From: the human T2T-CHM13v2.0 reference genome, Homo sapiens
Strand: one strand, 5' to 3'
NCBI RefSeq assembly: GCF_009914755.1
Contig: NC_060942.1
Length of the DNA: 64,000 nucleotides
Positions within the stretch are counted from its first letter, which is position 1. Each line of letters starts with the position of its first letter. The notes beneath the pieces are model-generated. The model saw only the letters and a list, made by a program, of their open reading frames with translations. It was not told where the DNA came from and ran no database searches. The position numbers and the translations under genes are program-made. This document shows, in pieces, positions 48,767 to 64,000 of the stretch.

Positions 48767-49229
48767 ATTCTGACTGTTCAGGCTCAGATGCCTACTTTAT
48801 GGTCCCAGTTCAAAGGCTGCCACTTGGGACTGAATCTCCAGGGGACTGTCACAGAGGTGGAGGGTGAGGGTGGGTGAACAGGTGAACGGGTGAACAGGGA
48901 TGAGCTGCTGAAAAGCTTTCTTGGTTTTGGTCCGAGGCTCAGCTCACAAAGCCCGCCCCCCTCCATGAGGGACACTTCTTTGCTCCTGCTGGCTTTTTTG
49001 GAGCGTCCACTCTTGAAGGCTCCCCTGTCATGCCTTTTGGAGGATGATAGTTATACTGGTTCTGAATCCCATGCCCCTGACATTCCTCTTGTCCAGGTCC
49101 TCGTCCAAGTCTTGGTGGCAAATCCACCTTCCAGGCTCCATCTTAGCGGCAGCACTGGCAGGCTGGTGTCTTGCCCTTTGGCCCTGTCTCTCTCCTGGCT
49201 TTCTGGGCCACACACTCTGTGGGTTCTCC

Positions 49230-49600
49230 TCCCTCTTCCAGGCCCTCTGCCAGCTCCTGCTCCTCCCTCGTCCTCACTCAGCTCCTACACATCCTTCAGG
49301 GCCCAAGTGGAGCTCCCTCAGAGAGGAGTTGCCCAAAACCTCTGCATCTGCTCTGGTCCAAAGTATGTTCACTCTCTTATTCTCTTATTGCATCCTGTTC
49401 CTTCCCTCCAACAAGCTTCCACTGGTCATTTGCTCATATTTATATAGATATACTGTCTGCTTCCCTCTTTCAGACTAAACTCCATGATGGAGACCATGTC
49501 TATGTTGTTCAGATGCTATAGCGATGCCTTGCACAGGGCTTGGTGCATAGTAGGTGCTCAATAAATACTTGTTGAAGGAGTGAATGGATGGCTGAATGCA
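49230..49600 (+). mobile_element. L2 3' end
   Basis: GCATAGTAGGTGCTCAATAAATACTTGTTGAAGGAGTGAATG. Confidence 0.8.
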
Positions 49601-49604
49601 TGCT

Positions 49605-49805
49605 TACAGTGTACTGTGTGATGCTGAGCGATTCTATATATTATCTTATTTACGCCTCATGTAGATCTTATCGAGCAAGTGTTATGATCATTTTACAGGT
49701 GAAGAAACTGAGGCTTTGAGAAGTTAAGTGAATTCCTTAAGGTCACAGTTGGTGTCGGTGCTGAGATTAGAACTCAAATCTCTCTGACCTCAAGCCCTAG
49801 ACTCC
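49605..49805 (-). mobile_element. MIR
   Basis: CATTTTACAGGTGAAGAAACTGAGGCTTTGAGAAGTTAAGTGA. Confidence 0.82.
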
Positions 49806-50319
49806 ATTTCTTATAACTGCTCACTGGGGAAGGTGGGTTGCATTCCTCCAACATTGTTTCCATCTTATCAATTTCTTACTTTCTTACTCAAGAACATCGG
49901 TGGTTCCCTATTATTCATTGTATCCCTACCCAACTCTTTGCCTAACCTTCAGGGCTGGACACTGATGACTGTGATGGCTCTTTACTCTTTAACACAGAAC
50001 TTAGACTTCAGATAAGCAAATTAAGGACCATTTAATTATGGTAAGTTTCTATTTTCTTCATGTTTGCTTAGGCAGCTAAGCATGCAGGTTCTAAATCAAT
50101 CAGTCTAGGGTTCAATTCTGGCTTCATCATCCCTGTGATCCTCCCTCTTTTGTCTTTGAATTTGAGAGGCTCTTTAAAAACTACCATTTCTTAATCTTAT
50201 GCAAAAAATGTGTCTTACTTAAGAATGTAATGCACATTTTAGTTGAAAGGCAGGGAGATAACTGGTATTTCTTAAACCCTTCTCTCTCTTAATTCTTTAG
50301 TACGGAGGCTGATTTTACT

Positions 50320-50515
50320 CTTTTTTTTTTTTTTGAGACAGGGTCTTACTCTGTCACCCAGGCTGGAGTACAGTGAGATCATGGCTCATTGCGGCCTTGA
50401 CCTCCTGGGCTCAAGAGATCCTCCCAGCCTTCTGAGTAGCTGGGACCACAGGTGAGCACCACCATGCCTGGCTAATTTTTAATTTTATGTAGAGACGGTG
50501 TCTCCCTATGTTGCT
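50320..50515 (-). mobile_element. AluJ, partial
   Basis: Right arm plus part of left arm. Confidence 0.82.
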
Positions 50516-50562
50516 CAATTTTTCTCTTTCTAATTGTGATGCTATTATAGTTAGGAATTGAT

Positions 50563-51980
<1,418 letters not shown>

Positions 51981-52267
51981 GGAATCAATATAGGAAATTA
52001 CTGCATGCCAGCCACTATTCTAAGTACTTTATATGCATTAACTCTTTTAATTTTACAACATTCTAGGCAAATAATAATGAGCCATAATAATTAGCATATT
52101 ATTCCTGTGGTAATAATAATTGAACTATCTGGGCCATCTTAGGATAAATGCTGTTTAGACATAATACTCTATAATGTAATATACTCCTTTAATTCAATTT
52201 TCTGAGACTTCATTTAGAATTTTCTTATCTCCAGCAGAGTGATATTTCTAATATGTAAATGTGAGCA

Positions 52268-52552
52268 GGCTGGGCATGGTGGTTTGCCCCCGTAATCCTA
52301 GCACTTTGGGAGGCCAAGTGGGGAGGATTGCTTCAGGCCAGGAGTTCAAACCAGCCTGGGCAACATAGTGAGACCCCATCTCTACAGATTTTTTTTTTTT
52401 TTTAATTAGCTGGGCATGGTGGCATGAGCCTGTAGTCCCAGCTACTCAAGAGCTGAGGTGGCAAGATTGCTTGAGCAATGAGCTATGATGGCACCACTGT
52501 ACTCCAGCCTAGGTGACGGAGAAAGACCCTGTCTCAAAAAAACAAAACAAAA
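52268..52552 (+). mobile_element. AluJ with internal deletion
   Basis: Dimeric Alu. Confidence 0.85.
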
Positions 52553-52553
52553 C

Positions 52554-52594
<41 letters not shown>
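52554..52594. repeat. (TA)n(TG)17 microsatellite
   Basis: Visible directly after the Alu tail. Confidence 0.92.
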
Positions 52595-52596
<2 letters not shown>

Positions 52597-53020
52597 CAAA
52601 TCATTTCAGGGTTGACATTTGTGTTGTTTCCTGAATTTCATCTGTACTGCATAAGCTGGAGTCTATTCTTTGAATCTCCTGGAATCTACTCTTTGAACTG
52701 CAATTAACTCTTCCTTTGACAACTATGTGCTTAAATCATACTAATTTTTTCTGGGTTTTCTGAGTATGTCATCTTCCTCCATGCTAATGTGTTTTTGAAA
52801 AGGCTATTTTCTTTGCCTGAAAACCACTTTTGTCCTCAAGTCTTGCAAAAGTCTTGCTCATCCTTCAAGTTTCACCCAGAGGTCACCACCTTGTGTAGCC
52901 TGCCTTCTCCTCCCCAGCAGAGCTCCTCGCTCCCTCTCTGTGCTCTTTTAACCTCCCAGGGACAGTACTTATCACATTGTGTGCAACGTATTTGATCCAG
53001 GTCTTTCTTATCCACTAGCC

Positions 53021-53377
53021 CAGTGGCTTCCAAACTGGAGCTTGAGCTTACCAGGGTGTAAATGCAAGAGGATTCATAGTGGGGGGGATTTTATAAATTC
53101 TATATATTGTTTATCTCCTCCATTTCAATGCATTTTATTTTTATATTTGTATATTTTTATATTTGTATATTATGTAATACATAAATATGTTAGTATACTT
53201 ATATTTTATTATATATGTATATATACAGACATACATACACATATATATTAGATCACTATTATATATTATTGGCTTTATATATGTGATTAATACATAAATA
53301 AATTTACATATAGAGGGATATCTGCTCAATTTTTTTTCGCTGATGGAACAAATAATAAAAGTCATTGGAGACCATTG
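53021..53377. mobile_element. hAT-Charlie MITE (MER112/113-like) inserted in an L2
   Basis: CAGTGGCTTCCAA...TTGGAGACCATTG termini; 8-bp TSD CACTAGCC/CACTAGAC. Confidence 0.7.
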
Positions 53378-53599
53378 CACTAGACAATGAGATTCTTGAC
53401 AGCGAGGTCTTATTTTAGCCTCAATTTATATCCACCAATATTGTAGGTGAGGCAACATATATGCCCAATATATATTTGAAAGGTTAAATGAGAAAGTATG
53501 GAACAGGTAGAACTCTTTAATACAAGAGTAATAAATAGTGAATTATATAGTGATCCAACTCAAGTTGTGGTTACTAAGGTTGATTTTTATTTTGTTTTT

Positions 53600-53886
<287 letters not shown>

Positions 53887-54157
53887 AGGCTGATTTTTTA
53901 CAAGAATAAAAGTCTCCAAAGGGACAGGAAATGAACCATTATGACCAGGTTCTTCTCCATATGGCTGAGTGTCCATTTAAGCATCCAGAGCCAGTTCCAC
54001 AGCAGGTGACAGGTGATCCCAGGTAAGTATCTCTGCACCAGGTCTGTGGGTTGGTGCCACATCCCTGGTTTCTCTATATTCCCCTGCCCTGACCCCACTG
54101 TTCATTCCCCACTATCCTATCCCCAATTCAACCTTGATGGTCCCACTGGCTAAATAG

Positions 54158-54322
54158 TAGGGTTGCCAGGTAAAATACAAGTTGTCCAGTGAAATTTGAA
54201 TTTCAGGTGATCAGCGAATAATATTTTAGTATAAGTATGTCCCAAATATTGCATGGTTTTTATCTGAAATTCAGATTTCATTGGATTTCCTGCATTTTTA
54301 TTTGGTAAATCTGGCAACCCTA
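54158..54322 (+). mobile_element. MER53 palindromic hAT MITE with internal deletion
   Basis: TIRs TAGGGTTGCCAG/CTGGCAACCCTA; TSD CTAAATAG/CTTAATAG. Confidence 0.88.
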
Positions 54323-54359
54323 CTTAATAGACTCAGGGGCGTGCTCCAAAATAGTCAAC

Positions 54360-54575
54360 AGTAGCTACTATTTGAGGCTTCCTCCCTGTGCCAGGTACAG
54401 TTGCTATGCACTTTGTGTACAGCATCTCTTTTAAGCCTTATATTAATGATCTGAGACAGGTATAATCATCTCTATTTTTACAGCCAGGGAGACTGACAAC
54501 AGCCCAAGGTCACCCCATAGGAACTGGAGGAATAATAATTTGAACTTGTGAACTTGGGTCTGTCCAACTCCAAAG
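54360..54575 (-). mobile_element. MIR
   Basis: TGTGCCAGGTAC...ATTTTTACAG...CCCAAGGTCAC. Confidence 0.65.
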
Positions 54576-54794
54576 CCTATTTCTTGTAGGGATACAGATT
54601 TGAGTTAAACATGTAGGGCACTTTGGACCAGGTAAAAATGCCTGAAATAGGGTTCGGGCATCATGAATTGTGGTGAGTCTCCTCGCAGGGGCTGGAAGCA
54701 GGGATGTTGCTGGATTCTTTAGCCCCAGAGGTAAGATTTGGATCAATGTCTTCGGAAGCCTTTTATTTTCTGTTCAAGCTGAAAAACTCCTTGA

Positions 54795-55349
<555 letters not shown>

Positions 55350-55591
55350 AAGTGACTTATATAACACATTTATCATTAAGATTACGTAAGTTTATATTAG
55401 ACATATAGTGACCTTTAGGATCTCAGTGTTAAGTTCTGCTAGCTAAAATGGCAACAAGAATTATTTAAGATCTTTATGCAGTGCTTTCTGCAATGAGGGA
55501 TTTATTACTATGTTTTGATAGTGATTCATCAACAATTGCAGGAAATACCCAGCTGCTGAAACAGGATGTGCATATGAAATACAGCAGCTTA

Positions 55592-56228
<637 letters not shown>

Positions 56229-56230
56229 CC

Positions 56231-56526
56231 GGCTGGGCGCGGTGGCTCTCGTCTGTTATCCCAGCACTTTTGGAGGCCGAGGTGGGTGGATTGAGGCCAG
56301 GAGTTCGAGACCAGCCTGTCCAACACGGCAAAACCCCGTCTCTACTAAAATACAAAAATTAGCCAGGCATGGTGGTGTGCCTGTAATCCCAGCTACTTGA
56401 GAGGCTGAGGCAGGAGAATCACTTGAACCCGAGAGGCGGAGGTTTGCAGTGAGCCGAAATCATGCCACTGCAATCCAGCCTGGGCTACAGAGTCAGACTC
56501 TGTCTCAAAAAAAAAAAAAAAAAAAA
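56231..56526 (+). mobile_element. AluS
   Basis: Dimeric Alu; TSD GTGTGAAAA. Confidence 0.9.
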
Positions 56527-56569
56527 GGTGTGAAAAGCCCCTAATACATTGCCTGACACACAGCGGATA

Positions 56570-57060
56570 ACATCAGTTAGCAAGCAGCAAAAAGCCCAAC
56601 ACACACCAGCTTAACTAACAAGGGAATTGATTGCTTCTTGTCGTTGGAAATCCACAAGGCCGACTTCAGGGCTGTTTTAACCTAGTTGCCCAGTTACTGT
56701 ACCAAGGCCCTTCAAGATGTTGACCACAACTTCCCCTCCTTCTTGCGAGATGAATGCTTTTCCTGTGCAGGAAGATATGCATCCTTGTCAATGTCAGGAA
56801 GAGAGGCTGTCTCTCCCTCCACCATGGATTGAAAATCCTGGGCTTCCTTCTGATTAGGCTCTACTTGGTCAGGTGCTGTCCTTCCCTGAACCAGTGGCTG
56901 TGAAATGTTAAGTGCTGATTGGCTCAGGTCTGCATTGGGTTCCTATCCTTGGACCAATCATTGTTGCCAAGGGTATGAAATAACTGATTTGCTTGGACCA
57001 ATCAGGGTTCACACCTTGATCTGGGGGGCAGGTTAATCCTTTCCAAACTTCATGCCTAGA
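56570..57060 (-). mobile_element. Old MaLR LTR (MLT1J/K-like)
   Basis: Repeated CTGATTGG...GAACCA/GGACCAATCA units typical of MLT1J/K. Confidence 0.55.
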
Positions 57061-57195
57061 AGAGAGCATGTTACTGAGACAGCACAGGTGTACTGCAGCA
57101 GGTGCCCGACAATTATTGTTATTGTTCTTATCAATAACAAAATTCCACATTGTGGATAACACATTTCCTTAGGGCTGATACTGAGTATTACCTCC

Positions 57196-57541
57196 CACTA
57201 TGGTCTGAATGTTCGTGCCCTTTCACCCTCCAAATTCTATGTTGGAACCTAACATCCGATGTGATAATCTTAAGAGATGGGGCCTTTGGGAAGTGAGTAA
57301 GTCATGGAGGCTGCACCCTCATGATTGGAGTTAGTGTCCTTCTAAAAGAAGTGGAAGGACCCTCCCTGCTCCCTTCCATCATGTGAGGACACAGCAAAAA
57401 GTTGCCATGTGCGAAGCATGGAGCAAGCCCTTACCAGAAACTGAATCTGATGGTGCCCTGATTTCCCAGCCTCCGAACTCTGAGCAATAAACTTCTGTTG
57501 TTTCTAAGATATTTTAGCATAGCAGCCCAGATGAACTGACA
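57196..57541 (+). mobile_element. MaLR solo LTR (MLT1A/MSTC-like)
   Basis: CTATGGTCTGAATG...GGGGCCTTTGGGAAGTGA...AATAAACTTCTGTTG...ACTGACA. Confidence 0.8.
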
Positions 57542-57549
57542 CTCCCTTT

Positions 57550-57970
57550 ATTTTATTTATTTTTTGTTTTTTTTTTTGTCTTTTTGAGACTTTGTCGCCA
57601 AGGCTGGAGTGCAGTGACTCGATCTTGGCTCACTGCAACCTCCACCTCCTGGGTTCAAGGGATTCTCGTGCCTCAGTCTCCTGAGTAGCTGGAATTACAG
57701 CGGCCACCACTCCTGCTTAATTTTTGTGTTTTTAGTAGAGACAGGGTTTCACCATGTTGGCCAGGCTGGTCTCAAACTCCTGACATCCAGTGATCCACTG
57801 AATACCTGGAATTATAGGTGCATGCCACCATGCCCACTTAATTTTTGTATTTTTAGTAGAGACGGGGCTTCACCATGTTGGCCAGGCTGGTCTCAAACTC
57901 TTGACCTCAAGTGATCCACCCACCTCGGCCCCCCAAAGTGCTGGGATTACAGGTGTGAACCACCACACCC
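57550..57970 (-). mobile_element. Over-long chimeric or internally duplicated AluS
   Basis: Linker plus left-arm segment present twice. Confidence 0.85.
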
Positions 57971-58385
57971 ATTCTCTGCACCCCTTCTTGTCTTTTGGGT
58001 TCTAAAAATATTATATTGTTTTATTCAGCCCTATCCCCCAGTTATAGATCTACATTCTTCAAGTGCTTCTTCAATGAATTTTAAGTGAATTTTTAGGTTC
58101 ATAGTTGACCTAGAGCCAAAGTGTTTTTTTTTTTCTTTGAAGGTGATGATAGTGATGGTGGTATCCTCATTCGTCTGAAGCTAGAACAAGCTGGAAAAAA
58201 TGCATAGGTCATTGGCTATTTGAACCTGCTACATAGCCTGCGATTGGATCATTTATCACGTGGTGTTACACACTGCGGCTAACTCCACGAAGTGAACACA
58301 TTACACACAGTAGATGAGAAGCATGTTTAGGGCTTTGAAAGAGGACGCACATGAAGCAAAACCACATGCAGACATTTCAGCATGA

Positions 58386-58820
<435 letters not shown>

Positions 58821-59204
58821 TGAAGGTAACACCAGCAGTGGGGATTAAAAAAAAAAAAAAGCCTATTGGCTTTGACTTCTGTAGACCTTGCTCAGCATCT
58901 GTAAAGGGTAATGACGTCTTACATGTTCACAAGACTTTGGAGTCCTGTCTGTCATGTACATGTATCTAACAAGAGTGACAGCTCAGCATCTCTCTGGAGG
59001 GGTGTGTGTGACATGCTGGGTTGCTTTGCCATCAATGTTTTTACACCTCATGGGACAACACAGCTTTGCCCCTTCTGGTTCATTTCTCCTCCCCTCAGGG
59101 ATTTAGGAGACATGTGGGACTCAGCTGTGCTTCCTGAGAGTGAGCAATGGTGAGGCGGTTATCAGGGAATGCCATTTTCTGGAAGGAGTGGGACATTCAT
59201 GATG

Positions 59205-59714
59205 GGATTACTTTCTTATTGCTGCTGTAACAGATTTGAAACCACAAATTTGGTGGTGTTAAAACAACACAAATTTATTATCTTACAATTCTGGAAGTTA
59301 GAAGTCCTAAAATCAAGGTGTGTGCAGGGATGCCTTCCTTCTGGAGGCTGCAGGGGAGAATCTGTTTCCTTGACTTTTCTACTTCTAGAGGCACCTGCAT
59401 TCCTGACTCCAAGACCACTACCTCTGTCTTCCAGGGCCACACTGTAGCATCTTCAGCCTCTGTCTCTCTCTCTCTCTGACTCCTGCTTCCCATCATCATG
59501 CCTCTTTTTCTGACTCTGATCTCTAGCCTCACTCTCATAAGGACCCTTGTGATGACATCAGGTCGACACGCATACTCCAGGGTAGTCCCCTCACTTTTGG
59601 CTCCTTAGTCTTAATCACACCTGCAAAGTCCTTTTGCCAAGTAAGGTAACCTATTTACCAGGTTCAGGAGTTAGAATGTTAACATCATTGGGGGGCATTA
59701 TTCTGCCTACCACA
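59205..59714 (-). mobile_element. MLT1C/D-like MaLR LTR
   Basis: GCTGCTGTAACA...AAACAACACAAATTTATTATCTTACAATTCTGGA...ATTATTCTGCCTACCACA. Confidence 0.85.
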
Positions 59715-59809
59715 GTGATCTGGTTTCTTCTCTTGTACCTGATCTTTATATTTTTCCTTTTAAAATGGACTTATTTTAAAATTTCAAATAGAAAATATAT
59801 TCATAGGGT

Positions 59810-61295
<1,486 letters not shown>

Positions 61296-61384
61296 GAAAA
61301 CTATAAGCAAGGTATACATTGAAAAATCATGCTCCTACCTCTGTCCCTATCTGTCCCAGGTAATTACTTAATATTTAAATATTT

Positions 61385-61513
61385 TTAGAAACAGGGTCTC
61401 TGGAGTCTTACTATGTTGCCCAGGCTGGAATCAAACTCCTGGGCTCGATGAATCCTCCTGCCTCAGCCTCCCAACTAGCTGGGATGAACAGGCTCATGCC
61501 ACGATATCTGACC
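61385..61513 (-). mobile_element. Alu monomer fragment
   Basis: Antisense Alu arm. Confidence 0.7.
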
Positions 61514-61879
61514 TAATAATTACTTTTATTAGTTCATTGTGTATCCTTTCAGTGTTTCTTATATAGAAGCAAGCAGATGTGAATTATTCTGATTTTCTCA
61601 CATCAAAGATAGCAAGCTATATAGGATTTTTACTGTTTTTCACCTAACAATACATTCAAGAGTTCTTTCCACATCTCCAATATTTTCATATCTGGATGAT
61701 ATTCCACAGTGCGTGTGTAACATAAGTTATTTCATGCAAGCATTGATGCTATAAATTTAAGCAATATTTTAGTTGCATTTCACAAATTTTGATATGCTGT
61801 ATTTTTATGATTTTTATTATCATGTAGTTCAGTGTATTTTAAAATTTCCCCTGAGACTTTCTCTTTGATCAAATTGTTA

Positions 61880-62200
<321 letters not shown>

Positions 62201-62433
62201 CGGAAGTATGTTGCTTAATTAAGTACTTGGATATTCTTTCTGTTTTTTTTTCCTTTGGTTATTGATTTCTTGTCTAATTCCATTATGATCATAGAACTTA
62301 CTTTGTATGAGTTTAATTCTTCCCATACTTTTCCTTTTATCCTTTTTTTCATAATTTAAAAAAATGCTTTTTATCTAGAGGTAATTGTATATTTGCAGGT
62401 AGTTGTGAGAGGTAGAGAAAAACCATGTATACC

Positions 62434-62841
62434 TCTTATGGGTTAAATTGTTTCCCCTCCAAAATTCATGTCGAAGTTCTAACTCTGGTGCCTCACAATG
62501 TGAGGATTTGGAGATACGATCTTTATAGAGGTAATCAAGTTAAAGTGAGGTCATTAGGATGGGCCCTAATCCAAAATGACTGGTGTTCTTAAAGAGGAAA
62601 TGTAGACACAGAAACACACATAGAGGGGAGGTGAGGTGAATAGACAGGGAGAAGATGGGCATCTGCAAGCCAAGGAGAGAGACATGGGACCGATTTTCCC
62701 TCATAGCCCTCCGAAGGAACTAAATCTGCTGCCACCTTGATTTTGGACTTCTGGCCTCCAGACCTGTGAGATGGTAAATTTTTGTTGTGTAAGCCACACA
62801 GCGTGTGTTACTTTCTTACAGCAGCCCTAGCAACCAATACA
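62434..62841 (+). mobile_element. MLT1B-like MaLR solo LTR
   Basis: TTATGGGTTAAATTG...GAGGTAATCAAGTTAAAGTGAGGTCATTAGGATGGGCCCTAATCC...CAATACA; TSD ATACC/ATAGC. Confidence 0.85.
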
Positions 62842-63108
62842 ATAGCTTTAACCCAGCCCCGCCCCACCGCCTCCCGCCAATTGCAACATCTTGCATAATT
62901 ACAGTACAATCACAACCAGAAAATTGACATTCATACAATCCACTGAGTTCCTTCAGATTTCACCAATATGACCTTACTTAGATGTATGTGTACTCATTTG
63001 TATGTGTATATGTATGTATTTAGTTATGAGAAAATACATACCTCTGTATGTAGATATATGTAGATATGTATGTACAAATGTAGATTCATGTGACCACCAC
63101 TATAGTCA

Positions 63109-63432
<324 letters not shown>

Positions 63433-64000
63433 TCACAAAAATCCCTTGTGCTATCCTCTTATAGCCACAGCCACCCCTTTCCTTCCCCACTCTTTATTAA
63501 CCCTTGAATACTGCGAATCTGCCTCCGTCTCTATAATTTTGTTATTTCAAGAGTGCTATATAAATGGAATCCTGCAATACATAACCTTTTGAGAGTGGCT
63601 GTATTCACTCAGCATAATTCCCTTGAGATCCATTCAAGATGTTGGGTGTATGAATAGCTGGTTCCTTTTATTTGCTGAGTATTCCAAGGTATAGGTGTAC
63701 CGTCGCGTGTTTAACCATTCATTGGTTGAAAGACATTTGGATTGTTTTCAGTTTGGAGCCATTATAAATAATGCTGCTATAAACATTCATGTACAGGTTT
63801 TTGTGTGGACATAAGTTTTTGTTTCTCTGGAATGTGCTACATCCTTTTACTTTCAACCTTCATATATAATTTTAAGCTAGTTTTTTTGTAAAACAGCGTA
63901 TAGTTTGGTCATTTAAAAAGTCCATTCTGCCAATCTCTTTCAATTAATTTGTTCAGTCTATTTACACTTAATGTGATTATTTATGTGTGGATTTAAGCCT

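Noticed and set aside
48868-48900. GGTGAAC x3 repeat
   Set aside because: Short slippage-type repeat with no further supporting structure
48890-49447. 185-aa ORF plus overlapping ORFs
   Set aside because: Non-ATG start, low-complexity Leu/Ser/Pro content, 3' part lies in an L2, no recognisable domain

Overview
Primate (human-like) genomic DNA, very repeat-dense and with no convincing host protein-coding exon. The left end holds the 5' part of a minus-strand L1PA element: complete 5'UTR, ORF1 broken by one nonsense change, and the ORF2 start. The rest has about 60 Alu copies or fragments, old L1M, L2 and MIR pieces, MaLR/ERV solo LTRs (MSTA, MLT1, MER21, LTR33), hAT and mariner DNA-transposon fossils, and a tailless 5S rRNA retropseudogene. 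A small CpG-rich promoter-like segment at about 9.9-10.3 kb and several strong + strand splice sites hint at a spliced lncRNA, 5'UTR or small-ORF transcript, but this is inference. I could not identify the locus. I see no CRISPR, tRNA or prokaryote-type system and no clearly new biological system. Repeat subfamily names come from recalled consensus sequences, and most boundaries are approximate.
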